A DNA stretch of 64,000 nt, from the NCBI GenBank assembly GCA_013265495.1, contig MU058687.1, forward strand, positions 1,862,001-1,926,000. The letters run 5' to 3'. The notes beneath the pieces are model-generated. The model did not search any database. It was not told the DNA's origin and was given only the letters and a program-made list of their open reading frames with translations. Shown piece by piece: positions 1 to 12,840 of this stretch. Within the stretch, counting starts at the first letter, position 1. Every line of letters starts with the position of its first letter. The position numbers and the translations under genes are program-made. Source of the DNA: Vicugna vicugna (lineage: Eukaryota).

Positions 1-1255
1 CATACTTCCTCAGTGGCCTCCCAGCTCCATTTTAGACAGCTCTCTTAGCAATACCAACTCCATTTTGATTTTCCTTCCACAATGTATCTTAGTTTTTTTG
101 TTTTAATCTGTAAATTTCTGAAAACTTTTAAAAGTTCTGACCCCCCCACCCCATCATTCAGAGTCCTTAAGAGTGCCAACTTAGTCAGATGCTGGATAGT
201 GGAGATAGCATATATAGCCTTGTTTCCCTTATTTGAGTATAATCTGTGGCTCTAATGAATCTAGACAAGTTGGTCCCTTTTAATGCTTGTGTACTTTGAA
301 ATGGTGGATGATTAAAAAAAAAAGGTGGTTGCAGAATGCTGAAGTTCTGAGGAAAGAGACAGTTGTGCTGATTTTTCACTTTTAGAAACTGCTTCATTTG
401 TAAGTCCTTCTCATTCTTTTGATTAGCTTCCAGCAACTCACATTCCTTTGAAAATTCAAAGGAAAATTCAAAAGAATACTGCTATTCTTGTGTGGATTTT
501 TTTTTTCACTGAGGATTATACTGATTTAGTTTTACTGAACTATGAAGTATATGGAGAATATGTTTTTTAGAATCTGTCAGAATACCTGTTTTAGGGAGGA
601 ATCAGAACTCCCAAGAAGAGAATTATCTCATGTCTTCTGGTGAGAGAACAGAAAATCATTTATCATAGTTTTATATATGTTTGTAACATCATTTTATTTT
701 TCCTCCTGTTCTTCTAATTCACAGTTGATTAGGTAAAAATGAGTAAGGGTGAAGTTTGGGACCGTGGGAGAGAGTGAAAGAAACTAAATTCTATTAGCTT
801 GAAGAGTTTAAAACTAATAAAATAGCAAATAAGATATGAAATGTTCTCCTATGAAAACTATTTAGTAGCTTAGAGCACTTTATTTCCGAGGACATCAAGA
901 AACACTCCACAGAAGGGCAAAGCCTATTAGACTTGTAAGCCTCTGTTCTTAGCTTACCTTGTGACTGCGCTAGTCCTGATGATTATAATTACAACCAAAT
1001 TGTTGGTTGAAACATGGTTTCCATTCTTAGTATGTCCTATATTTCTGTCCTTGGGTAAACTGCTTTAGAGAGAGATGGTTTCTCTGATGAACATCTTATC
1101 CCTTTGAATTCAGTTTTCTAAAGTGAGGTAGCCATTGTTATAATTAACAGTTTGGTTGGTAATTGCCTGTTTGAGAGCAGTGAATTGAAATCTGATTTAC
1201 CTAGTATTCATTCACAAGAGAAACCTGTTTATGGACCAGGACATTAAAAGGGGCT

Positions 1256-1305
1256 TTGTATTGTATTATGTTACGTTACATTACGTTACATTATGTTATA
1301 TTATA
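1256..1305. repeat. Degenerate pentanucleotide tandem repeat (TTAYR)n
   Basis: ttgta ttgta ttatg ttacg ttaca ttacg ttaca ttatg ttata ttata. Confidence 0.8.
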
Positions 1306-1780
1306 CACGGACAGTGCCTTTCATAGTGATCGCCTAACAATATTGTTGGAAAAATCACGCAGTCTTTCTTGCATTACATGCAGAGGAAGTTCATCCTGTT
1401 CAGCACTTAGATAGCCACCTTATTGAAGATACTAATTTCAAGAAGGAAAACTGATTCGAGATACGAGTTTGGAAATGGGCATCTCAAACCATTCATGCAG
1501 CATAAGCTTTGATCTTCATCTCTGTCTAGCATTTCACTGATAAATCTAGAAATTGTCATGTACTGAATCATCCCTACAAAAGACTGGTCCTGGAACATGG
1601 ACATGGGAGAGGAGGTTCACCTGGAGCCACTGGCAGAGGCTTTCAGAGCCAGAAGTAAAAGGAAATACATGTGATCCAGTCCATTTGATAGCATTCTATA
1701 CAAAATAAGATAAAATTGAAACTAAGCTGTTACACACTGATGGGGAAAACTAGTAATTAAAAAAAAAAGACATTCTAAAT

Positions 1781-1997
1781 CAGAGGAGAACTTTTTCTGT
1801 AAATGATCATATAGTAAATATTTTAGGCCTTGCCAGCTGCATCGTCTGTGGCAACTACTCAGCTCTGCCAAAGTGGAATGAAAACAGCCACAGACAATAT
1901 GTAAATGAACGAGTGTGGCTGTTTTCCAATAAAACTTTATTTCAAAAACAGATGACAGGCTGGATTTGGCCTGCAAGTCCTAGTTTGCAGACCCCTG
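1781..1997 (+). mobile_element. MER58A-like hAT-Charlie MITE
   Basis: aactttttctgtaaa...atagtaaatattttaggc...caactactcagctctgcc...ccaataaaactttattt...tagtttgcagacccctg. Confidence 0.85.
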
Positions 1998-2004
1998 GTT
2001 TTGA

Positions 2005-2162
2005 GCAACAGAACCCCTTGGAGGGTCTGTTGAAACGCCAATTGCGTCTCGTGATGCCATTTCTGATTCAGTAGGTTTGGGCTGGGCCTCAATTATTTCC
2101 ATTTCTAAGTTCCCAGAGATGCTAAGGCTTTTCTTCTGGGGACAGCATTTTGAGGACCACTG
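2005..2162 (-). mobile_element. MER5A-like hAT-Charlie MITE
   Basis: tttctgattcagtaggtttggg...ttcccagagatgct...ttttgaggaccactg, the reverse complement of the MER5A consensus. Confidence 0.8.
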
Positions 2163-4004
2163 AGCTAGAGAGAAAGAGATTAGAAATGTCTCCACTTCAT
2201 TATTTGTTTTCTGTCTTTTGGAAGGGAGACTGGATTTGTTAAAATTTTGTGTTGCCCTTATAAAATTTTAGACAATCTTTTATAGGAACATTGTTCCCAT
2301 CTTTCACTTCATCTACCACAGTCTCCTGACAAGTAAGTTTGCCAAACTTGAAAACTTCTGCTTATTCTTTTTATCAGGGTATCTTCTGCTCAGCAACCAC
2401 TGCTCCCAGGATTCAAGTTGTATGATGGCTGAGAGATAAGTAATGGCACAGATTCCTCCCTCTTTGTTTTAGTAATAATAGCCAACATTTAGTATGCACT
2501 TACTGTGGTCCAAGCACTATTCCAGGTGCTTTACATATATTAATTAATTTAAAATGAGTTTCAGGATGGTTGAGGAAATTGCAGGACCTTGGTAGCCTGT
2601 GGGTGGTAAAGTGAATCTCTGTGTGGATATATCCCAATGTGTCTTCTCTTTGGTTTTCCTCATTACTTCCCACTTCCTTCTCATACTGGCTTCCCGCCCC
2701 TGAAGGAGAAGGGTAAAAAAGTCTTCTTTCAGCTGAGTCGGGGGACTTTCTTGGGCAGCAGTGGCTGCTGGTGACATCAGCATGAGGAGCCCTCCCTGCC
2801 GGGGTCTGTGAGGAGGGCTGCACTGGCTGTGAGGGCCTCACAGCCCGGCTGACCTGATTCTAATTGCCGACATTGAGCTGATGTTATTCTTGGCCCAGGG
2901 CAGAGTGATTACTCAGTAGTTTCTGTTAAAGTGATCCTTTGTTAAACCTCTGCTCCCAGCCCCCATCTCTTGCCCTCCCACTCTCTTCTCTGCCTCCTTC
3001 AGACTGAAAAAAATCCCCAAATGCAGAAAAATTAAGGACATTTTGATGGCCAAGGCAGCACTGCTGAAATTTCTTTAAACAACAAAGGAAGAGAGGGGGG
3101 ATTTTTAGTGCATCATAATTTTTCACTGGTTTCCAAAGCCCTTCAATTTTTAGTAGACTTAATTTTCACCGTTTTTAAGGTAACTCAAGGTCGGAGAAAA
3201 CTGTGCATCCTAAATTCTTCCCATCCTTCCATGCTTCCTGTGCTTTACTTCCTGCATCCCACGATGCACAGCTTCATCAGACTAAGCTAGATTCGGTAAG
3301 GGGCAACAGAAACTAAAGGTCCAAAACAAGCAGGACCCGGGGCCACTCAGTGTTCACCTGAAGGGGTCCTTCAGTATGATGGCAGCATCTTGAGTGCCAT
3401 ACGTAATGTGCTTTCTACTAATGGCGTGTGTGAACACAGTGCAACCTCACAGGTGTGGAAAAGATTCCCATATAAACACAGCCAGGTCTTGTTATTCTGC
3501 TCCTAAAAGTTCATTGCATGTGTCTAAAAAAATTCTGCCCCCTTGCAGGAATGAATCCTGTTTCTCCAAGCCTTCAGCTGCTGTGTGTTTGTGTTGTGGG
3601 GGAGGGGAGAGAAAGAGAAATTCAGCAGGCACCCGGCTTCTGCAGGCAGCCAGCAATAACACGCTAGCTCCTCAGCACTGGCACGGGGCTGGGGGGAGCA
3701 AGCGAGCCGACTCGCTCTGCAGGGGGAGTCTTTCTACATCTTCCTAATGAGGGTTTGGGTGTTTTTGTTTTTTTTTTTGCCTTTGCCTTTGTTTGGTTTG
3801 GGGGGCTTTTTTGTCCAACTTTATATTTTCTTCTGACCTTTATCAGCAATTCATGTAACAGTTTATAGCTTGTTTGTGATTATGGTTTTCTTAGAACCAT
3901 TTGATTTCACAAATTTTGCCAAACCAAACTCTTCTTACCTAACAAAAATACATTGAAAATACATGAAACAATGCACGGAAAACTACATTCAGCTGTTGGG
4001 AAAT

Positions 4005-4390
4005 AGGCACTGTGGACAGGCTTTGGTGTCAGATAATCCTGTTTAAACCTAAGCTCATGACCTGGGACAGGTTATTTAAACTCCCTTGAACTTCAGTTTC
4101 TTTTTTTCTAATGTGGTGATGATAACGTGTATCTGTGGGTTATCATGAGGACTGCAGTCCTGAGGAGGTTGCCAGGTGCCAAGCACTGCACCTCGATTCG
4201 TGTTTGTATTATCACAGAGAACCGTCACAGCTGCTTTCTTGTTAGCCCCATTTTACAGATGTAAAAACAGAGCATCACTTATGGGACTGTGCCAGGGTCA
4301 CAAAAGTAGTACGAAATGGAAGAACTGGGATTTTTGAATCCAGGGCTATCAGTCTCCAGCATCCAAGCTCTTGGCTATCATGCTGTATAC
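4005..4390. mobile_element. Two MIR SINE fragments in opposite orientation
   Basis: catgacctgggacaggttatttaaactc...cagtttc (+) and ccccattttacagatgtaaaaacagag...tttgaatccagg (-). Confidence 0.7.
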
Positions 4391-6332
4391 TACCTTCCTG
4401 ACAATACTCAAGCATTCAAAAAATAATAGTTAAATTTATTGCTGCATAAAGTTTAAGTTGCAATTCCTGCATTCAACAGGCACTTATTGCCACCTATAAA
4501 ACTGCATTTGAAAAGTTATTCTCAGGTATCTTAACTAGTCTCCTACTATTCATATATGTTGTTGCAAAAGAGAAGATTTAATTAAATGTAGGTTATCCCA
4601 GTTACCTCAAAGCCTTAATTAAAGAAATGTCTTGAGAAGGTGTTCCTGGGCCTAAAGCACTTAGAAATACCCACACTTTACCGTCCCTTGTGTTTTATTA
4701 TTTAGGAAGAATGTCAGGGACCACTGACTTATGCAGTATTGTGAATATGTTCTAGAAGTTTGGAGATTCAGAGCACATGTGTGGGTTGTTATTAATAACA
4801 TAGGAATTATCTCTTCGACTATCATAATGTTTTAAATTTTATTTCTATGGTGGTGCTTTTGAGAAGACTGTCAGGAAACACAACTGGTGTCCACAAATGT
4901 GAATACCACAGGTGACACTTTTACATGATTAACATCATGCTTGCATTTTCAATACCATAAAATCTGATTCTTAAGGCATCGTTACAATATAGACATCACT
5001 TCATTATGCTGATTAATTACTACTAGTAATAGGAGGAAGTCTCCTGGTTACTACCAGGTTATTTTCTAAGTTGTTGCTAGAGTAGTGTCCCTCTGGAATC
5101 TTAGAGGCAGAAAGGTGAGGGCAGGGAAATGGACATATAATGCGTGCCTCCTGTGTGCCAGGTATAATATTATCTCCATTCCACTGATGAGGAAACTGGT
5201 GCTCAAAGAGTTTAAGTAATTTACACAAGATTGCACAGCTGACTGATTGCAGTCATAATAGTCAAACCAGGTCAGAAGTCTTCCAACGCCCTTTTCTACT
5301 CTACTTCTCTTCCCCTTGAGTAAATGACTCTTCATTTCTTCTTGTTTTACACATTTATCATCAGCCAGATAAGACATTCCAATTATATTAGTGCTGCTGC
5401 TGCTATACACCCATATGCAATATAAAAGAAAAGGTCAATGCAGTGAATCAAAATTCAGAACTCCACTTGGTTGTGGGCATGTTAAGAGACAACTGTTCAC
5501 CTACCAGCTGCTTGGGATCAACCTTGTTTTCTGTACGTTCTTAAAATGTGGTTTTGCTGTAACTGCCTGGTGGCCAGTTTCATTCCCTCCCCTCACTCTG
5601 TGACCTGTAGGTTTTTTCTGTCTGTGGGCATATGAGGGACTCACAGAAGTAACTTTGTATGAGATGATGAAAGACTTCATCTTTAAACATAAAGAACCCT
5701 GTTCATCTACGATGGATGCAGCCACGGGAAGAAACTTCACAGATAAATGACAGCAAAGTCTGTGTAAGATGAACAGGAGATGAGCATGTGAGATTTTTAT
5801 CCAAACAAATCAAACTATAATTTGAAGACAAAGACAAATTAGATATTTATTAACTCTGAATTTAAAGTTGTAAAGGAACTTAGAAATTGCCTTGTCTAAT
5901 TATTTCATTTTACTCATCAGGAGATATAAGACATAAAGACGTTGTCAGGAAAACAAGGGTCCTGAGAGATAAATAATTTGCTAAAACTACTAGTAAATAA
6001 AAGATAAAAGAGAATTGAAAATAAGGCTATGAGTTACCTTTTTTTTTTTGAACTCTCAGTCTGGGGTCATTGCTGATCTTTTGAAGTTACCTTTAAATAT
6101 AATACACACTCACACATACACTTACACATTTTAACTTTCAAAATAAGTGACAAAGATTTGCTTAAAGAAAAATTTTTTTCAACCTTTCCTTCTTGGAGTA
6201 AAATCTCTGTCTTTTGCTTGCATCTGGTGAAAATTGAACACATTGCTAAGTTTGCTTTAGATTTGCTTTGGAAGAGAGGTTTGATTTCAATGGATTTGCT
6301 TTAAAAAGGGAGTCAGCACAGCATAAACGAGG

Positions 6333-6590
6333 AAGGCAGTATAGTGTAGTTGGGCTGTGAAATCAGACTCCTCCTGGGACTTGGATCTCACTTACTGCTT
6401 AGTAGCTGTGCCATCATGGACAAAGTATGGAACCTTTTGGTGCCTCGGTTTCTTCCTCTGTATATGGAGGTGGTGATAGGACCGCCCTCAAATGGTTGGG
6501 AAAATTAAATGATGTAATAACATGTAAAGCACTTAGAGCAATGCTGACCATGATAAAAACTCAATAAAAATTCATTGTTCTTATTATTAT
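6333..6590 (+). mobile_element. Near full-length MIR SINE
   Basis: cttagtagctgtgccatcatggacaaag...gcctcggtttcttcctctgta...aattaaatga...catgtaaagcacttagagca...ctcaataaa. Confidence 0.85.
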
Positions 6591-6599
6591 GTATTACTG

Positions 6600-7083
6600 T
6601 TTTCTATTGTGGTAAAAAACATAAATTTATCTTTTTAACAGTTTTTAAGTGTGTTATACAGTCTCATTAACTGTATACATATTGCTGTACAACAGATTGA
6701 TAAAACTTTTTCATCTTGTATGACTGAAACTCCATACACATCAAACAACCCCTTGTTTCCCCCTCCCCCGGCTCCTGGCAACCACCACTCTACTTTTGTG
6801 TTTCTAGGATTTTGATTACTTTAGATACATTATAAAAGTGGAATCCTGTAGCATTTGTCTTTTAGTGACTGGCTTATTTCACTTAGCATAATGTCCTGAT
6901 GTTTCATCCATGTTGTAGCATATGGCAGGATTTCTTTCTTTTTTAAGGCTGAATGGTACTCTATCACGTACATGTGTATACCTTTTCTTTATCCGTTCAT
7001 TGGTTGATGGTGTTCAGATAGCGTCCACATCTTAGCTATTGTGCATAATGCTTCAGTGAACATAGGTGTGCAGACGTCTCTTC
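6600..7083 (-). mobile_element. L1 3' UTR fragment (L1MA/MB type)
   Basis: cctggcaaccaccactctact...gactggcttatttcacttagcataatgtcc...catccatgttgtagcat. Flanked by TSD-like tattatgtattact / tattatgtgttact. Confidence 0.85.
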
Positions 7084-7529
7084 TATTATGTGTTACTTTT
7101 AATGTTAAATATAACATAGTATTGTAATTTCATCTTGGGTTTTAGTTAAAATCCCTGTGCCAGAAACAAAATTAGTTTAGATGATGTTAAAGAAGGTGGT
7201 TAGGAGAAGTTCAAGACTCACAAAGTACTAATTAGCTATGTTTTTTAAACTAACATTTACTTATTTGGACAGCTGAAAATTATATGCAGATTAATTTGTT
7301 CACAGTTGCTAGAGGGAGCTCTGAGGAGAAAGAGTAGAAAGAATGATTAATAGTACCTGGTGAAATGGTTAAAAGAATAATATGTTAGTCCAAAGGCATG
7401 TAAATGTCTTATAAACATGGAAAAAGGAAAGAGACAGTATTAGCATCAAATTATGAACCAGCTTTCTGTGGGACCCATAGTATTTCCTTATAATAATCAA
7501 GGAAAGACAAGGAAATTATCCTCCCAGAC

Positions 7530-8215
7530 ATACTGATTGAAATGTAACTGGTACAACCTTTACAGAGGGCAATTTTAGAGTATGTGTAGAAAAGACTTAA
7601 GCCAGAAGAAGAAGGAGCCTTCTCATCTAGCCATTCTCCTTGAAGGAAATTATTTTAAGAAAATGATCCAGCATATGTCAAAAGATAGAAATAATATGAT
7701 GTTTATCACAACACTATTCTTAAGAAGCAAGATAAACTAGAGATAGCCTTAATATGTGTTTGTGTGTGTGTGTGGTTTCAAAGGAAGTATAAGATTGAAG
7801 GGGTCCTACTTTTCCCCACTTAAAAATGTATTAGGAACATATTTCCATAATTGCAAATATACATCTACTGTGGCAGTTTATAGTATTCTGCTGTTGGTGA
7901 TTGGTTAGGTAAATTATGATAAACCATAAAAGAGAATAAACTTCCATTAAAAACAGTGATCTAGATCTACCCTTATAGATAGGGAAAAATGCTCAAGATA
8001 GATAATTGAATAAAAAAAAGGAATCTCCAAAACATCAGATATCATATACCATGTTTGTAAGGCCACAGAAATACTTGTATGTGTATAGAAAATAAGTGAT
8101 TATACACAGAAAAAAAAGTCTAAATGTTACCAGAGGTTATCTCTGAGAGTAGAATTCAAAACTGTTTTCCTTTTTCTAATGAACATGTATTTAAGAAATT
8201 AAAGTGTTTAAAAAA
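7530..8215 (+). mobile_element. Old L1ME-type 3' fragment
   Basis: aatgtaactggtacaacctttacagagggcaattt...ggttatctctgagagtagaatt...aatgaacatgtatt. Confidence 0.6.
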
Positions 8216-8228
8216 CCCAAAAAAACGA

Positions 8229-8432
8229 AGGGGAAGGGTATAGCTCAATTGGTAGAGCGCATGCTCAGCGCGCAAGAGGTCCCAGTTCCATCCCTGGTAC
8301 GTCCTCCAAGCAGAAATCAATGAAGAAACCCAATTACCTGTCCCCCAGAATACAAACAATGCGAGAAACATGTGTGCTCTCATCTGTTCCACAAATCTAT
8401 ATCTAAAAACAAAAGCAAAAACAAAAAAAAAA
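8229..8432 (+). mobile_element. Vic-1-like camelid tRNA-derived SINE with extended 3' end
   Basis: ggggaagggtatagctcaattggtagagcgcatgc A-box head, degenerate B box gttccatccc, body end ccaattacc...ccccc, A-rich tail. Confidence 0.8.
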
Positions 8433-9821
8433 CCTTGGTCTGCCAAATATTGCTGAGCATTGAGGGAGAAAAAAATAGAAAGCAAAACAGAGTTTACAGT
8501 CATAGGAGTCTAAATTTGCCATCAGAATATAAGCCTCTACCAATGTATGACATTAATTGGTTGTCTTATTAGAGCGGGAGGTGGGGCTGCTGTTGAGGGA
8601 GTGTCATCCATGTGATGTCGTAGGGCTAGTCAGTTTCCTTGGGTTTTCTGATCATGGGCTGCAGCCCTGGGCTTAGCCAGCTGCCTCATGGTAGTAACAC
8701 ACCCTCAGCCCAAGATCAGTTCAACTGTCTTATTGCTATTGAGAAACCAACTCAGAGACACTGTTGGCATCTTCAGTTTGCTTAGATGCAGAAGTCTGAG
8801 ACACATAAGTATATTTGAATATGTTTTTAATGACCTGCATGGTTTCTCAAATGTTAGCAAGTACAGTTGATTTAGGGGCTGCCTAAAGCACATATTTTTC
8901 AGTTGGTTGGTAAATAGTAGTTTCTCCTATATTGTTCTGTCCCAGGTAAGCACCTGTACTTGGATCCTTTAAAGTAGGTCACTTGAACTAGCAAGAATCT
9001 TCTTTCCTAGTTGCTAATGGAGAGGGAGCTTCTAGTTGGTTTTAGAAATGGAAGGGTATGCTGGAGGACTTCTAACATCTTTGGCAGCTCAAAGTCCAGT
9101 CTCGGGTACTTGAGTCATCAGTCTGTCTCTCTCTATGACCGATAGCATCTGCAGGGTTGCCGCCCATCCCTGTTGGGGAGGTAGCATTGCCCAGTGCCTT
9201 TTTGCAGTACCAGTGGTTGTACTCTGTTTCTCTTGCTCAGCTTTCAGTCTTGTCCCAGCTGACAAACATTGTGAATGGACGACAGCCAAGAACTGCATTC
9301 ATTGTGGGACAAAGGCCTTTTGGAAGCTTGCTTTTGCCAAAATAGAAACAGCTACCCTCACCCTCACCCTGGCCCTGGGCTTTTTAGAGCATCATATGGT
9401 TGCCCAAAAGACGTAGTATGTTCTTGGCACAGAACAGCTCTGGACCTGGATGTAATAGGGTGAATGATTAGCATCTTACCTGCTCAGGAAGATACCCCAT
9501 CCCTGTACTTCAGCTGCCAGAACTAGAAGTGGCTTTGTGTGTGCTATGTAACTTTTATCCTAACTTTATCCAAGTTAGCATAAAATCTCATATGGGAAAA
9601 ATAATGCCTCAAAGTGTTTGCTCTTCTGAAATCAAAGTAAAGGGGGTTACAAAGTGACGTTAACCCACTCACATAGAGATTAACATTTGCCTAATTTATC
9701 TCCCTTCATTTTCAAAAAAAAATGAATTTAGAGTTATTTCACTGCAAAGAGTCTTCCAGCTCTGCTCCATCACCACAAAGCCTGAGTAAAGACTAAAAGG
9801 AGTGTTTCTCTGGAAGGAATT

Positions 9822-9824
<3 letters not shown>

Positions 9825-9857
<33 letters not shown>
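9825..9857. repeat. (AC)n microsatellite, about 16 units
   Basis: Pure AC run. Confidence 0.95.
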
Positions 9858-9858
<1 letters not shown>

Positions 9859-10789
9859 CCTCCCAGAATTTAATCTCCAAACAGTATTATCTTTCTAGTA
9901 CGAGAGCCCAGATCTTGCTTCCCTGTAACCTTCCAAGTTGCAGTCTGTGTTCTGTCTATCAGAAATTCCTCCTTCCCACCCACGAGTACCCTTCTGTTGT
10001 GGGAGAAGGAGGGCCTTTCCAGTCTTTTGCCTGGGGCCAAGCCAGCCCTCAAACTGTGGTTTTCTCCGAGTCTCCTTGCTGAAGCGTGGCTGTTTCCCAC
10101 ACCCAATAAAGAAGCAAAAGTCTTATATCTGTTGACCAGGTCTTGCATGGATGCCAGTGCTTATAACAGCTCTCACATTGCCAGGACATTGACTGATGAC
10201 AGTGCGGCCCCTGTCCCACGTTGTTAACCCACAAGTGCAGAGTGCTAAGATTATATATCCAAACCTCACATTTCTTAGCAATTCTGCAGAGAGAAGTTTA
10301 TATAATTCTTCTATTCATTTATGAATGAATATCAGGACGAAACAGTTCACAGAATCTGTCATTGGTAGAGTTGTAGGATTAGGGCCAATATAGGCCGTCA
10401 TGGGGGAGGCCTGGGGTAGCTGATTTCTGCTAATAGTCTAAATGCATCTGTTTATATGTCTGCTTCTAACATTGCCTGAGTACTTTCCTGGGTTTCTTCT
10501 TATCAGATTTGATGACTTTAGTCTCTCATTCGACTTAGCCTTGGCTTTGGTGAAACACCTGGGGATGGACTTGGCTACATTACTGACTTCTGGGAATTTG
10601 GGGATGGCATAGAATTGTAATCATTTCATTATCCATTCAATATAAGAAGAGTATGATCACCAAACAACAAATGAGAACATAGAAGCTTTTTCCTGTGTTT
10701 GGAAAGACTGTCTCCTTTTTTGAGGTGCAGTACTTTTATGTTACATTAAGGCTTAAACAAACTTGACTCTTTGGTAGATTGAGAATTAT

Positions 10790-11285
10790 ATCTCAGCTCA
10801 GCTAGGATTCCATGTAGTTGCATGGAATAAAATACCCCCCACCCATGGCTTAGACAAGTTAGAGATTTATTTTCTTTTCCCCACATAATCAGAAATCTAG
10901 AGGTGAGCTCTCTTAAAGTCCATGGTGCTATCAGGAGCACATGTTCCTCCTGTCTTTATCCTCCGTAATTCTTAGCAAGTGACTTCCACCCTATGCCTGT
11001 CCACCTCTAGTTGGATATGCATGTTACAGGTAAGGAGAAGAACAGTAAAGGGCAAAAGCTGTGCACCACCCAACCCAGTCTGCCCCCTTTAAAGAGCTTT
11101 CCCAGAAACTGCACTTGGAAACTTCTGTTTACAACTCAGAACTATGTCACATGGCTATCTCAAGGTATAGGAGAGACTGGGAAATGTAATGTTTAAGCTG
11201 GGCACACATTATTACCCAAACAAAATCAAGGCAGTTTTATTAGGAAGAAAAGAAGACGTATTAGTATCCAGGCAAATGAGTCTCC
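10790..11285. mobile_element. MaLR solo LTR (MLT1J/K-like)
   Basis: tggcttagacaag...gatttattttc...cagaactatgtcacatggcta...gagactgggaaatgta...gctgggcac. Confidence 0.7.
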
Positions 11286-11614
11286 CAAGTAATAAATTCT
11301 CCTATTTTATTTTACTTTGTTGTTTGAGGTAAAGACTGATCTTATGACTATGGAACATCAATGTCTAAAATTTGCATATAGGAAGGTGAATTTGCTTTTG
11401 TTTGGGATCTGTAGAAGGGCTTACCTACACTTTGTGGCTGAGTATGAGCTGAACACGTAACACACTAGGCACTATTTAAACTCCAGAGGATGGTCCTATT
11501 GCAAGATTACATCTCTATGTAAACACAAACTTGTCTATTTTCTTGTATATGAACTTAGTTGTTGCTTACAAAAAGAAAATCAGTAGTTGATGTAATGTGA
11601 GGTTTTTTTTCACT

Positions 11615-11860
11615 CATGGGGTAAATGTTTATTAAGCACTTTTTATGCACAAAGCATTCTACTAGGGCCTGTTAGTGAAGCAAAAATTAATTAGATATAA
11701 ATCGAGGCATTTCCAGTATGTATTGTCCAGAAGGGAAAAAAAGTACATATATAAATGGCTGTAATATAAGGTAGAATGTGCTAAATGTGATAAGACGCAG
11801 CCAAATAAGTTTTTGTAAGCGTTCAGAAGAGGAAAAGATTATTTCTGCCAGAGAGAATTG
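11615..11860 (-). mobile_element. L2 3' fragment
   Basis: aaatgtttattaagcact...attctactaggg...gtaatataaggtagaatgtgctaaatg. Confidence 0.65.
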
Positions 11861-12114
11861 AGTATATATGGTCTGGAGAACCTAAACATGTGTTTTCATT
11901 TTACGAGTTTGCTTTTGCAGCTAGTGAGTATCATCATAAGACTAGAAAAATATGTTGAAAAATACGTAACCAACTACCATTCACAAATCATTACAGATAA
12001 GCCGACTTACATGTCATCCCGCCCTTTGGTTCCTCAGGAAACTGAGGTGGTGTTTTAGGAAGGAGTGGAGCATTGAGTGTCTGCTGTGTGCCTGGTACTT
12101 GGATTCATTTCAAG

Positions 12115-12320
12115 AAATCATTGTTGAGTGCCTGGGCTGCATTTACTTGTGTGCTCTTCATTTAATCCCCAGCAATCCAGTAAAGTAATTTTAATTGCTT
12201 ATGAGGAAGCTAATGCTCAGAGAGGTTAAGTAACTTGAAAAGGTCACCCAGTTGATAAGTGACAGGGGTTACATTTGAGCCCAGCACATTTGACTGCAAA
12301 GCCATGCTCCTTTCCACTTA
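12115..12320 (-). mobile_element. MIR SINE
   Basis: atgaggaagctaatgctcagagaggttaagtaacttg...atttgagcccag...tgactgcaaagccatgctc. Confidence 0.8.
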
Positions 12321-12534
12321 CCTTAGGCTCTTCCTTTCACTGTTGATCTACTCTGGTTTTGTAGCCATAATAAGTGTTGAACAGTCAATTCTTTCTTCAA
12401 CTCAGTCTAATGGCAATTCCTTTACCTAGCTGGTTGAAACTTGGGCTTCATTTGGATACTTTGATTTGTACTCAGGGTTAATCTGTTACCTGCTTAAATC
12501 TTACTAGAACTCGACTTCCTTTTGACTTTTCAGT

Positions 12535-12840
12535 AATTTATTTTTATAATAAGTAACTACATAATGGATGTTACAAAATTCAAAAGGTACAAATGATACA
12601 CAGTAAAAAATTAGTTTCTGTTTCCCCCTGGCCCCTAGCTAACCAGTTCTTTTCCATAGAGGTTATCAGTTATTTAAATATCCCTTTAGAATTGTTCTGT
12701 GCAGATACCAACATGGTGTAAATGTTTGTATGTGTGTATTGTTGCATATATATGTATGTTTGTGTACATATATATGTATTTTTTTTACACAATAGAAGCT
12801 TACTGTACTCATTGTTCTCATCTTGCTCTTCTTATTCATC
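12535..12840 (-). mobile_element. Old L1ME-type 3' fragment
   Basis: acaaaattcaaaaggtacaaa...tacagtaaaaa...ttttttacacaatagaagc.tactgtac. Confidence 0.55.
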
